A DNA stretch of 64,000 bases, from NCBI RefSeq assembly GCF_020745735.1, contig NC_083413.1, forward strand, positions 64,294,001 through 64,358,000, given 5' to 3'. The position numbers and the translations under genes are program-made. Origin of the DNA: Hemiscyllium ocellatum. Taxonomy: Eukaryota. The notes under the pieces were generated by a model that was given only the letters and a program-made list of their open reading frames with translations, ran no database searches and was not told where the DNA came from. Below are positions 37,301 to 51,610 of this stretch, piece by piece (within the stretch, counting starts at the first letter, position 1; each line of letters starts with the position of its first letter).

Positions 37301-38213
37301 ATTGGTTCTACAAGAAATGTGACATGCAAAGGTGACGACATATAGAAGGTAATCCAGATCTTGGGGCTTCTACCCCTTACAACAAAGTGGCTTAAAACTA
37401 ATTGAAAGAATTTGAGGGTGAACAAGATCCCAGAAATGGAAGTGAACCAAGATCTCATTGGGTTATGGATCAGAAGGAGCTTAAAGGGATAGGTGAAGAG
37501 ACAAATTTCAACTTGGAATACATACTACCACCACCAAGATCTGCACTATGGCTGTTCCATTCTCACAGTCACACTCCTAGGTGCCATGGTATAAGCACAC
37601 AATGGAGTGAGGGACTGGGAATCCTCTCAGGGTGTGTTAATTCAACAGTCGAGTTGCGCATTTGTGCATCCATGCCCACCATCCTGCTGTCTGTATCAAT
37701 CAACACCTTATTTTTTGGATCTGCTGAGTATTTGTACTGGGAGCTGTAATCTGATACTTTATTCATTATATCTCCCCTCTAGATAGTACAACTCTGAACG
37801 CTGCTCCAAGCCTGCAAGTCAGACTGATTAACTACTTAGAGGTTAGAAATTAAATTAATTTCTTTCCTCCACAAAAATGCTGATCATTTGGTTTACCACT
37901 TCAAACTATGTGAGGATAAGCAACAGTGTCTTGGGAATCTTTGGAGGGAGCCAGGAACCAAGTTGTCCAATCAGTTTTTTGCTTCTGAGATCTGGTCATG
38001 AACGTTTTTGTACATTAGGCAAAAGGCCAAATCAGCTTCCTAATTTAAAGAATGTTAATCATTATGCATTTTCATATTTATCCTCAGTGTTACGTTATTT
38101 TTCTTCCCATGTTGGGAAGCATGGGCTTCATCCCATTTCTCAGAATTACCAAGAAGATAAGCAAGACAACTTTATTCTCTGATTTTCCCATCATGAGAAG
38201 TATCTCAACTGTG

Positions 38214-38344
38214 GAGAAGGTGAGGACTGCAGATGCTGAAGGTCAGAGTCAAGAGTGAGGTGCTGAAAAAGCACAGCAGGTCAGGCAGCACCCAAGGAGC
38301 AGGAGCGTCGATGTTATGGGCAAGAGCCCTTCATCAGGAATTAG
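38214..38344 (-). mobile_element. Penelope-terminus element (P2)
   Basis: Flanking direct repeat GAAGTATCTCAACTGTG (38197-38213, 38345-38361). Confidence 0.85.
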
Positions 38345-39124
38345 GAAGTATCTCAACTGTGTCTAATTCAGAGATTTGCAGAAAGGTGGACCTGACCAGG
38401 AATAACCATCAGTGCCAATTTCTTTTCCTGTTCATTTGCGATGAAATCCTTTTCTTAATTACAATTTTCATCATTCATAGAGGTCTGTTCTTCCAATGAT
38501 CAGAAAGTAGTGTTCAAGTTATTAAACCTTAACTATTTTACCTAGTTCAGAGAAGAATCGTGATTTTGATCCTGAGCCGCAGAGTGTATTTTCTGAGAAA
38601 TGACTGGAGAAGCTTTTGAGAAGAGTGAGTGATATCAACAAAGTAAGTCCAAATCATCACTGAACACAAACTATTGCAGGGAAACAGGTGTGCATGGGCT
38701 TAACCAACAAAAAAAATATCCACTTTGTTTGCTGTCAGGAAGTTTTTCAAGCAAAGTATAATAATGCACGTTCAAGACAGTTAAGCATAATTTAAGAAGC
38801 AGTTTGCTGAGCCTTGCCTATTGTAGATTCCTCCTGGATTGAATGCTTGGAATGGGCTAAATGGCCTTTATATCAAAGAATCATTTGATGATGCAGCAGA
38901 GGAGAAGGTAATCTTGAACCATTGTGCTTTACCTAGTTCTTGAGCAGAGCTATCCAATTAGTCTCATCTCCATGCTTTATCACAATAACCCCTCAAGAGC
39001 TTGTTAAAAGACTTTGGTTACTGATTCAAAGCATTGAGGAAGCATCAACCCCTCTGATTTGTAACTTTTTTCCCCTCCAACTTGGTATTAAAGACCATGC
39101 ATTAACACGAGCTGAGAATGGCAG

Positions 39125-39575
39125 GATTAATGTATGAGGAGAGACTGGATCAGTTAGGACTATATTCACAAGAGTTTAGAAGAATGAGTGTGGATCTCAT
39201 AGAAACTGATACAATTCTAACATGTCCACAGATGGTAAACATAGGAAGAATGTTGCCAATCACTGGGAATCCAGAAGCAGGGTTGACAGTCTGAAGATCT
39301 GGGAAAGGCCACTTAGGACTGCAATGAGGAAAGATTTCTTCACCCAGAAAATCCTGAGCCTGTGGAATTCTCTGCAACACAATACAGTTGAAGCCAAAAT
39401 ATTGAATGTTTTCAAGAGGAGGTAGATATAGTTCTTAGCTCTAAGGGAATCAAGGGATATGAAGAGAAAGCGGGAACAGTTTACCGAGTTGGATGATCAG
39501 CCATGATCAAATTAAAAGGACAGCAGACTTGAAGGACTGAATGGTCTACTTTTGCTCCTATTTTCTATGCTTCTA
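39125..39575 (+). mobile_element. CR1 3' fragment (different subfamily)
   Basis: MRKDFFTQKILSLWNSL..VEAK.LNVFK. Confidence 0.85.
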
Positions 39576-40238
39576 TGAGAATGAGTGATCAGGTAACCTT
39601 TCTTTAGACTCCTCTGACCCAAGGCTGAGTGAGATAGTGATGTGGTAGCCAGTAGGTGTGATTTGTTCGTTTGTTAATGATTTCACCAGTGATTCTTTTT
39701 CTCTTGTACTACGGAATTGTCCAACTCTGATTGAGGCAACACTTGCCGGCAATGACGGGCTAAGGGCCAAAACCTTTCTGCCTCTCTTTTCTCAGATAGG
39801 ATAATCTTTGAAGCCAATATTTATGACCAAGCTTTTGCCATGTACCCTAACATCACCTTAACGTGGCTCAACATCTAATTGTTTTGATTATGCTACTGCG
39901 AAGTGCCTTGGTAAATTTTACAATATTAAAAGTTTCATTTAAATACCAGTAGTTATTTGTTGTTGTATTTTTGTTATTTTACAATGCAATTCAGTGGATG
40001 ATTGTAGGTGCAAATTTTCATTGCACCACTATGTGGCAGTATACGTCACTACCTGTACCTCTATTGTTCCTTTTTGTATGAATACTGCATTATTGAATAT
40101 TACAAACAATGGTTTTTCTTGTGCTAAACATTACATTATTCCCACATTTAGTATGGAATACCATTCAGCATATCTTTATAATTCTCTATTTACTAGCAAA
40201 TTCCTTAAAAACATGTACTATTCCTGGGATGATAAAGG

Positions 40239-40462
40239 AGAAAGTGAGGACTGCAGATATTGGAGATCAGAGTCGAAAAGTGTGGCGCTGGAAATGTACA
40301 GTAGGTCAGGCAGCATCTGAGGAGCAGGAGAGTCGACATTTCAGGCATAAGCCCTTCATCAGGAATGTTCGGATGAAGGGCTTATGCCCGAAATGTCAAC
40401 TCTCCTGCTCCTCCGATGCTGCCTGACCTGATATGCTTTTCCAGTGCCACACTTTTCAACTT
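40239..40462. mobile_element. Palindromic Penelope-terminus element (P2)
   Basis: Inverted arms of about 95 bp centred near 40366; flanking TGATAAAGG repeat. Confidence 0.85.
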
Positions 40463-41155
40463 AGTCCTGATAAAGGTGTATATAACATTATTATCATTTG
40501 AATTTTGCATTTTAATGGATTTTTGGTTTCAGTTTCAAAAAGGAATTGAATTTTGTAAGATACCAAAAAATCATTTGGAAAAATGAACCAAAAATATAAC
40601 TTTCAAAGAAGTATGTGATATAAGTTGAGTCTTTGGCAAAAAAATATCTGTGGAGTTAACTGATGAATTGTTTACAAAGTCAAACTTTCAAGACATCCAA
40701 AAAATCAGACCCTGGGCCACTGAAGGTTTGAGTTCAGAAGGCTTTTTTGTTCAGAAGAACAATTAAACAGCAGCAGCAGAAGACAAGGTTAGTTTGTTAA
40801 GTTTCTGAACTGTGAGAGCTTGAATATAGAAGCTATTTAGCATCAGAATTGAAAGGAACTAAATGGAACCAAATCTCTAGGTTATTAAAATTGGCAAAAG
40901 TCAGTTATTTAAGAAATTTCAGAGTTAAGAAAGGAATGACATTTACCATGATTGAGTATCTGCACAGAATATTGCTGAGAAATGGGTCTTTGATCTTTGG
41001 ATCTTTGTTTTTGCTATTTATGGCAAAAGCCTACTAAATTGTCATATATGTAGCTTTTCTTTTCCTTTTGAAGAATAAATGTATTCCTTTGATGCTTCTT
41101 CTATTTATAATACAACAGGTTAGCCTTCTTTATGTAATATATGGCATTTTAATTA

Positions 41156-41375
41156 CAGGTCGTTTTGTTATAACATGCATTTTGTTAGTGTGAATTGGCT
41201 ATAATGCGATTGATGAATTGGGGGACACCGTCTTTATAGTACAAACTTTTAAAGCATGTATTGGTTGTAATGCAATTCCAGACCCATTAGTTTAAATTGT
41301 GTTGTTATTATGCAATTTTCTTATAACATGGGATTGCACAAAAATGGAACTACAGCATTATAGCAGAACTGACTG
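41156..41375. mobile_element. Tc1/mariner (Tigger-like) MITE
   Basis: TA-flanked imperfect TIRs CAGGTCGTTTTGTTATAA / TTATAGCAGAACTGACTG. Confidence 0.65.
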
Positions 41376-41479
41376 TACACAGATCATGACATCAACCCTA
41401 ATTCTAGATTTTATATGGCAAATATATTACCTTTCCTTCAATGCTGATGGATTAAAATCTCTCCTTAATTGTATCGTGG

Positions 41480-41608
41480 TTCTACTTACAGCACATGGAC
41501 TGCAATAGTTCAAGAAGGCAGCTCACCACCTCCTTCTCAAGAGCAACTAGGGATGACAATAATTGCTGGCTCAGCCAGTGGCACCCATGTCCCGTGAGTG
41601 AATAAAAG
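41480..41608 (+). mobile_element. Shark LINE/SINE 3' tail (SacSINE1-like); related copies near 1-120, 2300-2430, 15690-15760, 21190-21240, 52070-52330
   Basis: GTTCAAGAAGGCAGCTCACCACC..CTTCTCAAG..CAACTAGGGATG.CAATAA.TGCTGG recurring in window. Confidence 0.65.
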
Positions 41609-42249
41609 AAAATCTGATTTTTTTAATGGCAAAATCCCAACTTGTGACAATCTCTTTAACTTGCTCTAAAAACCCAGAGCTACCACATCATTAGCTGGCA
41701 TTGCCTATGACTTTGAAGAAGAGCCTCACTCCTAACTTTCACTCTTGCAAGTAGCCCCAAGTCAATATTACAAGTTGTGACCAATGAGAAAGGTGTTTGT
41801 AGGTCTCTACAATAACCTGATGCTTGACAACTTCCATTGAGCTCTTCAGATATTTTTAACTACTGACCACAGTCTGTTTCTAAACTGTGTGCCAAGAAAC
41901 ATCTGCAGCTCTGACCCATTTCTGACCCTACCTTCAGATTTTCTTTCTCTTGAAACCATATTTCCATATCTGACACATAAAGAGACAAGCAATTCTGAGA
42001 CTTTTCATCATTAAACTTATGCATCACACAATTTGATAATTTTAAGCCTTATTAATTACAATAATTGGATGTGAACAGCATTTTTCACAATCACTTGTTA
42101 ATCAGTTATGGGATGTAAAATATTTGGCTGCAAGGTCTGTGTTGATGTATGAATTTTGTTTTGGCAATGTTCAAGGACAGTCCAAGTTTCTTTTTGCATT
42201 ATTAAAGAAATCAAGAGTGTCTTGCATATGAGGTGCAGAATATTGCAGT

Positions 42250-42620
42250 TATTCACAAATCATGGCTCAGTGGTTGTCAGTTTAAGTTTGGCGTAGAAGT
42301 GACTGAAGTTGAAAGGTTTTCCGTCTTGGCAGTACTTCTTACTGATATCATAGGGTAATTGCTCTTTGATGAGGTGAATAGCCACAGGTAGGTAGATTTT
42401 GAATAGAATGACTGTTATCACACAGCCTTTATTGCCTCCAGCCATGGAGTTTGAAGGTGTCTCTGGTCAGATTTTCCGTTCAAGATAATTACGGTTCAAT
42501 CAGCTTGGATTAATATTAAGATTATGATGAGGTTTCTTGGACAAGCATTGTTTACTTTTGGAACGTCAATTCCCCAACACAGTCATGTTCCTTTAATTTC
42601 CATTACTACCAACATGATTA
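42250..42620 (-). mobile_element. RTE-clade LINE RT remnant
   Basis: GNKGCVI...DGKPFNFSHFYAKLK resembles the RTE motif GVKQGC...DGKLFNLRRL.AKTK. Confidence 0.55.
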
Positions 42621-43047
42621 ACAATGTAAGAATGGACTTTTCTTATGATCCACTTTTTTAAAAAGTCGATTGGTTTGTTAGTGCAACTTCTATTTCTTAG
42701 AATATACACGGTTTTAGCATGGTCCAAGGAACTATTGAGTATCCGAGCACCTTACAAGCAGCATTTTTAACTGGTTTTGATAAAAAAGAAAAATGGCCTT
42801 TGGATCGAGCTGTCAGTTCAGACATCAGACCTGGTAGAAAGATTCAAGGGGAGAAGAATCTCAATGGCTCTAGGAGAGACAGAGGAATGAGCAGGGAAAG
42901 TGGAGAGGCCTGCCTATCTGTGTGGCGTGCAATATTGGAGGAGGAGGAATCCTGTGACCCTACCCTCTGTTTCTGCAATCTCAACTGAGGTCTGACCTCA
43001 CAATTTGGGAAAGGCTTCTCTATAGGCACAATTCTGAACCTAGCTGA

Positions 43048-46000
43048 TGTTATGATTAGACATGTCAGATCCCAGCCTGAAATCTAGCACGATAGATCAT
43101 ATGCTCCTTTATTTGATTGGTCTTTCACTGAAACACAAGCATGTAATACTATAAGTTGGTTTTAACAATAGAATGGAAGTTTATCATGTGAAAGATAAAA
43201 TAGAATGAACCAAACTATTTACATAATACACAAGTTAAAAGTAAAAAAATAGATTCCATCTATCCCCACTCCAATACTTTATGTTACTCAGATACTGGTG
43301 AGAGTTGCATTGCTATGACTTCTATAGGTTTAACATCACTTTCAATTCCTACTCTTGAGTGTTTGACAGCTTTTCCTTCATAGTTGCACAACTAAGCTTA
43401 AATTTTCTCAGTTTCAAATAAATCCTTCAGTGTTCTAACAAAACATGCCTGGTTCAGAACTTTTACACTGAACTCTTACATTGAGGTAACCTAATTCCTA
43501 ACTTTTCTGAACTAACTCCTTTATCTAAGAGAAATTGTTTCACATAGAACATAGAACATTACAGCGCAGTACAGGCCCTTTGGCCCTCGATGTTGCACCG
43601 CCCTGTCATACTAATCTGAAGCCCATCCCACCTACACTATTTCGTGGACATCCATATGCCTGTCCAATGACGACTTAAATGCACTTAAACTTGGCGAATC
43701 TACTATCATTGCAGGCAAAGCACTCCATACCCTTACTACTCTCTGAGCAAAGAAACTACCTCTGACATCTGTCTTATACCTATCTCCCCTCCCTTTAAAG
43801 TTGTGTCCCCTAGTGTTTGCCATCCCCATACTTGGAAAAAGGCTCTCCCTGTCCACACTATCTAACCCTCTGATTATCTTGTATGTCTCTGTTAAGCCAC
43901 CTCTCAACCTTCTTCTCTCTAACGAGAACAGCCTCAAGGCCCTCAGCCTTTCCTCGTAAGACATTCCTTCCAAACCAGGCAACATCCTAGTAAATCTCCT
44001 CTGCACCCTTTCCAAAGCTTCCACATCCTTCTTATAATGCGGTGACCAGAACTGTACACAATACTCCAAGTTTGGCCGTACCAGAGCTTTACACTGCTGC
44101 AGCATAACCTCCTTGTTCCAGAACACAATTCCTCTATTAATAAAGGCCAAAACACTGTATGCTTCCTTAACAACCCTGTCAATCTGGGTGGCAACTTTCA
44201 GGGATCTGTGTTTATGGACACTGAGATTTCTCTGCTCATCCGCACTCCCAAGAATCTTACCATTAGCCTAGTACTTTGCATTCCGATTACTCAGTCCAAA
44301 GTGTATCACCTCACACTTGTCCACATTAAATCTATTTGCCACTTCTCAGCCCAGCTCTGCATCCTACCTATGTCTCTCTGCAACCTACAACATCCTTTGT
44401 CATTATCCACAACTCCACCAACCTTAGTGTCGCCCGCAAATTTACTAACCCATCCTTCTAAGCTCTCATCCAGGTCATTTATAAAAATGAAGAACAGCAG
44501 TGGACCCAACACTGACCCTTGCGGTACGCCGCTAGTAATGGACACCAAGATGAACATGTTCCATTAACTACAACCCTCTGTTTTCTTTCAGCAAACCAAT
44601 TACTGATCCAAACTGCTATGTCTCCCACAATCCCATTCCTCCGCATTTTGTATAATAGCCTACTTTGGTGAACCATATCGAATGCCTTGCTGAAATCCAT
44701 ATACACCACATCAACCAGTTTACTCTCATCTACCTGTTTGGGCACTTTGTCAAAAAACTTAATAAGATTCATTGGGCACAACCTACTCTTCATATAACTT
44801 TTTTCATATATATTTAACTTCAACCAGCACATCTGCAAACAAAGTCAGAAACTTTCCGAGCTATGGATTTTCCCCCAAGAATGGAACAAAGAACAATTTC
44901 AATCCTTTTAAATTGAAAGAAAGTTAATGCTCTTCAATGTTTCCTCTGCCTGTTCATTTAACTCTTCCAATGCAAACACATTTCCATTATCTTCTCAGTG
45001 GCTCTCACTTTTGTAATGGTTCAAAATAAAAACTCATGTCTTCAGAAATACCAACAAGTCAATCACTAAAAACCCTCATGGATAAAGATCAAAACCCACA
45101 GGCTGCCAGTTCAAAATCCAAAGCCAAAAAAAACTATGTATAAATCACACACCTAATATCACATCCCCTTCCAAAAAAGAATTAAAATGTAACTTTAAGA
45201 GGCATTTTCACTATCCATGAAACAGTATTTCTATGTCACAGTAACAATAGTAACATATTGATATTATACATACAATGAATTACACAGCAGTGATATTTTA
45301 CATATATTGATGGGCACAACAATTCATGGTGTGTTTCACAGATGCTCACGATAAAACATCTGCTATATTTTACTTTCCAAGCAGATAAATGCAGTTATCT
45401 AGTCATACAGTTAGAGAGAAATGCAGCACAAAAATTATTGCATATTCTTGTCCCAACTTCTTTTCAAGAAAATCAAAGAATTGCGATCTATATAAACAAT
45501 ATTATCTTTCACATCATTGGTGATGTATTTTTCAAAGTGATGCAGAGCCAATAAAGACTCAATGACTCCTTGTCAAATGTTGAAAACTTTTGCTGAAATA
45601 CTGTCAGTTGCTTTGAAAAATAACTGACAGGCCATTTGATCACCATTTTGTTACTTCAGCAGTAAAATAGCGCCTATGCTTTAGTTGCTGGCATAAACAG
45701 CCAATAGTTTCTCATAATTCGGTTTGGCTAAAATCAATGTGGTTGTAAGCACAGTTTTCAAGTTTCCAATGGTCCTCTGATGCCATTGACCATTCAAATT
45801 TTCTGCCTTTCTTGGACAAATGCATGGAAGTTGCAATGACTATGCTGAAGTTTGGGATAAGCTTGTGATAGCATTCACCCACTCATTCACTCAATGTAAC
45901 ACAAAATTTCACATTTTATCCTATGCATGTGAAAATCCACAATAGGCCTTACTTTCATTTCTCCGGTGTTACTTGGCCTAATTAAATCACATTAGCTTTA

Positions 46001-46100
46001 ATGAAATCACTCTTGGCCAAAAGCATAACGAATATATAATAGATTTGCATTGCTGATCAAACAATCCAACAAATGGTACAAATGTTCTGTTCATGTTTGG
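43048..46100 (-). mobile_element. Degenerate Gypsy LTR retrotransposon: putative LTR 43048-45163 (interrupted by CR1), PPT 45164-45172, pol remnants beyond
   Basis: TGT...ACA ends, minus-strand GGAAGGGGA directly before TGTGAT, AKSDF.KA.V RT-like remnant near 46000. Confidence 0.45.
43542..44790 (-). mobile_element. CR1 LINE RT/3' fragment
   Basis: [37 protein letters not shown]. Confidence 0.95.
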
Positions 46101-46139
46101 CAAAAAACAACAAATTGTTGATGTAAACAACATAGTTAC

Positions 46140-46400
46140 ATACCGGAAATCTGAAATAAAAACACAAAGTGCTGGAGAAACTCAGCAGGTCTGACAGCAT
46201 GTGCGGAGACAGAAACAGGATTAACATTTCAAGTCCAGTATGACTCCTCTTCAGAACTGAAAGGCGTTGGAAAATTGTGTTTTTTTTAATACTGTAGACA
46301 AAGTGGCAGAAGAAGCTAGTGGCTCAGATTGTAAGGATGAGCAATACCAAAGATAGAGGGGTTGCTAATGATAGTGAAGGTAAGATAGGGATGAAAAAGG
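46140..46400 (-). mobile_element. Penelope-terminus element (P3-related) with hammerhead-like motif at 46220-46257
   Basis: Minus strand GTT CTGAAGA G GAGTC ATACTG GACTT GAA ATGT T AAT. Confidence 0.65.
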
Positions 46401-47630
46401 GGAAAATGGTTCCACTCAACACATCACAAATAGATATACCTGACCGACCATGGCTCAACCCCTTCAGCAACCCAAACAGACAGCCACGAAGTGCCCAGAT
46501 GCCTGACTGATGCATATATATCTGCCTGACTGTGTTAGCCTTACCTCCTGGACTGGCCACTGTGAAACCATGGGACAGTCCATAACCCATTCCCCAGACG
46601 ACAGAAGCTCACAACGGCCATACAAGACTCCCTGACTAGATGCCTGACTTTGACAAATCCTCTGGGCTGATATTGCAGGCTGCACTTGAGTGATTGACGG
46701 ATACCACTATGGACTTTGATGGGCTACTTCCCTAAATCATTGACCCATGGCTGGTTGCTTTCTGGACATGCAGTGAGTTTGCTGAGTAAGCTACTGGCCC
46801 ATGGTCACAGTGAGATTGACCAAGGTGCTACATAGGAAGATGTTCGCCCCCTTGACCAAGGACTGCTGACTAGCAATCATGTAACTGGTCATGTCACTGT
46901 ATTAATTGGGATCGTAAGGCAAAATAAAGCAGGGGTACAGTGAGCATCCAGGTAGGCGTTAAGTGAGCAAGCACTAAGAGAGCAAGCAAGCAGTTCTGAG
47001 ATGCAGCCTAGTTTGGGATGTGAACTGGATGTCTGTCCCTGCATGAAAAATGTCCTAATAGCAGTCTTTCAATACCAGTCCTGAAAGATAGGACTATACT
47101 TCAGAAATGCCCTGTGAAATGGGAGAGAAGCCATAACGTTTCTTAAGAGTTGGCAATTCGCAGAAGTCGATGTCTGGTGAATGAGGAGCATATGAGGATG
47201 GTGCCTATTGATTGTGTCCTGAGATGCTGTTGTATGGTCACTAACATGGAGATTGAGCCACGAGGTACCCTCTCTGACTTCCACGTCAAGATGTCTTGGC
47301 ATCTAGATTGCTTGTGGCAGATTGTACACTGGTACATTGGATATTAATGAGATGAGATGCACAGTCAAAAAGATTGTTAACAATTAATAATTCTACATAA
47401 TAGGGAACTCACCACTGCCTAACAGAAACTTCACCTTGACACCTGGACTTGCTTAAAAAAAAATGCAATGCTTTCTCCCCCACATTGGAAATAGGCCTTG
47501 CAGAAATTATTGCACGATTTACCACATTTCTTGCTATAGCCCATTTGTTCTGGTCCAGCAAGATTGTGTGCTAAGTTTCCATAAAAAGTCTTCATCACAT
47601 TGCCCTGTATTTGATAAAGTTCTTCAGTGG

Positions 47631-47918
47631 GTGGCACGGTGGCACTGCTGCCTCACAGTGCCAGAGACCCAGGTTCAATTCCCGCCTCAGGCGACTTTCT
47701 GTGTGGAGTTTTCGCATTCTCCCCGTGTCTGCGTGGGTTTCCTCTGGGTGCTCTGGTTTCCTCCCACAGTCCAAAAATGTGCAGGTTAAGTGAATTGGCC
47801 ATGTTAAATTGCTCGTAGTGTTCGGTGAAGGGGTCTGGGTGGGTTGTGCTTCGGCGGGTCGGTGTGGACTTGTTGGGCCGAAGGGCCTGTTTCCACACTG
47901 TAAGTAATCTAAGAATCT
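47631..47918 (+). mobile_element. HE1-type SINE
   Basis: Homologous to 24953-25270. Confidence 0.9.
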
Positions 47919-47959
47919 TAAAAAAAGGATTATCCGACATTTAGAATTAAGAGGAGGCA

Positions 47960-48620
47960 AACTTGAAATCAATGTTTCATTTTAGAATTAGCTAAGATTC
48001 AGTTAGAAACAACCACGTGAATGAGAGAAAAATAGTGGAAAAGAAAAATGCAAAATTTTGAATTGAAAGCAAAAAAACACAATCAAAAAATGGAAAGTGT
48101 AGAGAATGGAAAAGATTGAAAAAAGGAAATAAAGCTCGAATTGACAGTCGGGGAGAAAGCATAGAATTGGAGAGAGGAGAAAGAAAATGAAAGTAATGGA
48201 AAAGGAAATGGAATTTTAAAAATCTACAACTCCAAAAAGAGAAAAACCAAAAAAGGCATGACTCAGCTACAGAATGGAAGAAGGAGGAGCTAATGGTTCA
48301 GAGGATGATTGTCATTCTAATGAAGACGTAATTAAATTAGAAATCTTTTGTTAGTGCCTAAAGCTAACAAGGATGTCCTGACAGATATGAATGTGTACTC
48401 AAGTTTGTCAGAAGAGCAATCTGCAGACTGTGAAGCTGTTAAAAGGGCAATACTCTATGAACTTGTTCTTGAAGCTTATCAATTAAAATTTAGGAGTATA
48501 AGAAAAAACTTGCAGAGAAAAGGAAATGTTGTGAAATCAGTAATCTTGATCGCTGCATTTAGAGAAAAGAATTGAAAATGGGAAGGAAATTATGACAATG
48601 GAAGAAATCCAAAATGGTAT
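47960..48620 (+). mobile_element. Gypsy (Gmr1-like) gag remnant
   Basis: YSSLSEEQSADCEAVKRAILYELVLEAYQLKFRSIRK preceded by A-rich coiled-coil-like coding remnant. Confidence 0.65.
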
Positions 48621-48649
48621 TTTGGAACCCTTCAGACTTATTTGGATCA

Positions 48650-48870
48650 GTATTTGTATATTGTCTTTCAATCTTCTTCCTACCAAAGTATCACTTTACA
48701 TCTGTCAGTATTGAAACTCATCAGCCATATATCGGCCCACTCCACCAACTTGCCTCTGTTGTTCTGCAGCTCCACACAGTCCTCCCCACAATTTACAATT
48801 CCCCCAAGTTTTTGGGTCATTCTGCAAGCCTTGAAATTGGCTCCCACACACCGATATCGAGATCATTGAC
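48650..48870 (-). mobile_element. Old CR1 RT fragment
   Basis: Degenerate KF.DD.KLGG.V...W.M.FN..KC.V..FG. Confidence 0.6.
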
Positions 48871-49221
48871 AGAAAAAGTGTGTCCAAATTGCCCAACCAA
48901 GTCCAAAACATGTGGAAGAATTGAAATTTAAATTTTTCTTTGGGTACTTTAATTTTTAATAAATACAATCAGGTAGACAGAATAACCATTTAGCTACATT
49001 CTTACCCTTTTAATCTTTGGCTGTACATTTTGCAGCCAGATCCGTTGTAATTTTCATTTGCTCTCACTGAATTCATGCAGTAATTATTTTTAATCAACCT
49101 ATTTAGACAAGTTGTGACATGTCTGATATAGATGGGACTTGAACCAGGATCTTCTGACCCAGACACAGTGACACGACTACTGTGTCACAAAACCCTTTCT
49201 AATGCAATATGCCATCAGTGA

Positions 49222-50700
49222 TTTTTGAGAAGATTTGAGAAGAATGTCATTTACAAGATACCATGTGAGAATTGTAAAAAATACTACATCAGAAAAACTA
49301 GCAGGAAACTTGCTGTCAGGATGCATGAACATCAAAAGACACTATCACTAGTTTCTATAGCTACAGACAAAGAAGGACACCACTTTGACTGGGACAACAC
49401 ACACATCCTAGGACAGGCAAACAAAGAAACGCACTAGAATTCTTAGAGGCATGGCATTCTAACCAGAACTCTATCAATAAACACATTGACTTAGATCCTA
49501 TCTGCCTCCCTCTCCTGAACCGGAAATTACATCACTCACCTTAAGAGGTTGTTTTTTAGACTTGAGGCCAGTGACCAGTGGAGTGCCACAAGGATCGGTG
49601 TTGGGTCCACTACTTTTCATAATTTATATAAATAATTTGGATGTGAACATTAGAGGTATAGTTAGTAAGTTTGCAGATGACACCAAAATTGGAGGTGTAG
49701 TGGACTGCGAAGAAGGTTACCTCAGATCACAATGGGATCTTGATCAGATGGGTCAATGGGCTGAGAAGTGGCAAATGGAGTTTAATTCAGGTACTGCATT
49801 TTGGGAAAGCAAATCTTAACACGACTCATACCAGGTAAGGTCCTTGGGAGTGTTGTTGAACAGAGACCTTAGAGTGCAGGTTCATTGCTCCTTGAAAATG
49901 GAGTTGCAGTAGATACGATAGGGAAGAAGGTGTTTGGTATGCTTTCCTTTGTTGGTCAGAGTATTGAGTACAGGAGTTAGGAGGTCATGTTGCGGCTGTA
50001 CAGGACATTGGTTAGGTCACTGTTGGAATATTGTGTGCAATTCTGGTCTCCTTCCTATTGGAAAGATGTTGTGAAACTTGAAAGGGTTCAGAAACGATTT
50101 ACACAGATGTTGCCAGGGTTGGAGGATTTGAGCTGTAGGGAGAGTCTGAACAGGCTGGGGCTGTTTTCCCTGGAGGCTGAGGGGAGACCTTATAGAGGTT
50201 TACAAAATCATGAGGGGCATGGATAGGGTAAATAGACAAAGTCTTTTCTCTGGGTTCAGAGAGTCCAGAACTAGAGAGCATAGGTTTAGGATGAGAGAGG
50301 AAAGATATAAAAGAGACCTAAGGAGCAACTTTTTCATGCAGAGGGTGGTACATGTATGGAATGAGCTGCCAGAGGAAGTGATAGAGGCTGGTACAATTGC
50401 AACATTTAAGAGGCATTTGGATGAGTATATGAATAGGAAAGGTTTGGAGGGATATGGGCAATGTGCTGGCAGGTGGGACTAGATTGGGTTGGGATATCTG
50501 GTTGGCATGAATGGGTTGGACTGAAGGGTCTGTTTCCATGCTGTACATCTCTATTACTCTAAACCAAAACCTATAAGTAGAGAAGTGGGACCTAGAACCA
50601 GCGCTTCACCAGGGACTCTCACTGATGATGTTACTTTGTATGCTGATGAAACGTCTGAAAACAAACCTTCAAGCTCAGCGAACTAACTTGCATACTTAGC
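49222..50700 (+). mobile_element. Penelope-like element 3' part (GIY-YIG endonuclease remnant) split by a CR1 insertion
   Basis: NVIYKIPCENCKKYYI.KTSRKL..RMHEHQ...HHFDWDN; resumes after 50561 and ends with hammerhead-like motif 50619-50658. Confidence 0.85.
49546..50561 (+). mobile_element. CR1 LINE RT/3' fragment nested in Penelope
   Basis: [26 protein letters not shown]. Confidence 0.95.
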
Positions 50701-51610
50701 AATATGCTATCCTTAATGCTTAATCTAATCATTAAAAAACATTATTATCACACCAGCAAATTAAGTCTTTCCTTATAAAAAGCTCACACATTTATAAAGT
50801 ACAGTATCTAAAATTCACACTACTACAAAACATAAAGTCCCGTTGTTTGAAAGGGTTACATTCCTTAAAAACCTGGCAAACTGCGATTTTCACAAACAGT
50901 GAATGTGGCAGATTTTGCATGTGCACAGTGTATCTCTACTGTTTTTTTCTTTAAAATGGCATTTCATGAAGATTGGACTTGCAGTGTGTGAAAAGGTGTA
51001 CATTTGCATGGATAAGCAAATTCATGAAAGGTGGACACCCTGACATGTGACTTAATTCTGTCTAAAAACCCGTATATCTTTCAGAAGCCCTATTGCTCAC
51101 ATTATAGATGTTTTGATGCTGTATTGGTACAGGTGACCAGTTTAAAAAAAAATTCTTTCTTTTGATGGTGGAAGTTTGTTAGAGCATGTTTCCAGGTATC
51201 AGTGAGTAGGAATGGTAGTCAGGACTTGGTATAATACTAAAACACTTTGAAAGATCTGCCTTAAACTGCTAAGTTAGCATCCGACTTGCATCCTTCTTAT
51301 TTCTTCTTAGCCAGTACTTATAATCACAGCATTTACAAGCCTTCGTTTTCCTGTTTCATATTAGTCACCTCCAACCAAATAAATCCACCTTCGTCTAACC
51401 TTGGATTTCCTTATTGCTGTACTGTCTTTGATTTATTGGTAACATTTTTCTACTCTGTGACATCTTCACAATCTGTTACCGGCCTAGCCACTAACCCACT
51501 TCCTGTTTTGTTGAATTATGAGCTCTAACACAGCAGGAGTGAGAAAGTAAGGCTACCATCCAGCCATTTTAAAACATATTTCTTTTGGAGATGTCATTTT
51601 TGCCAGCTGA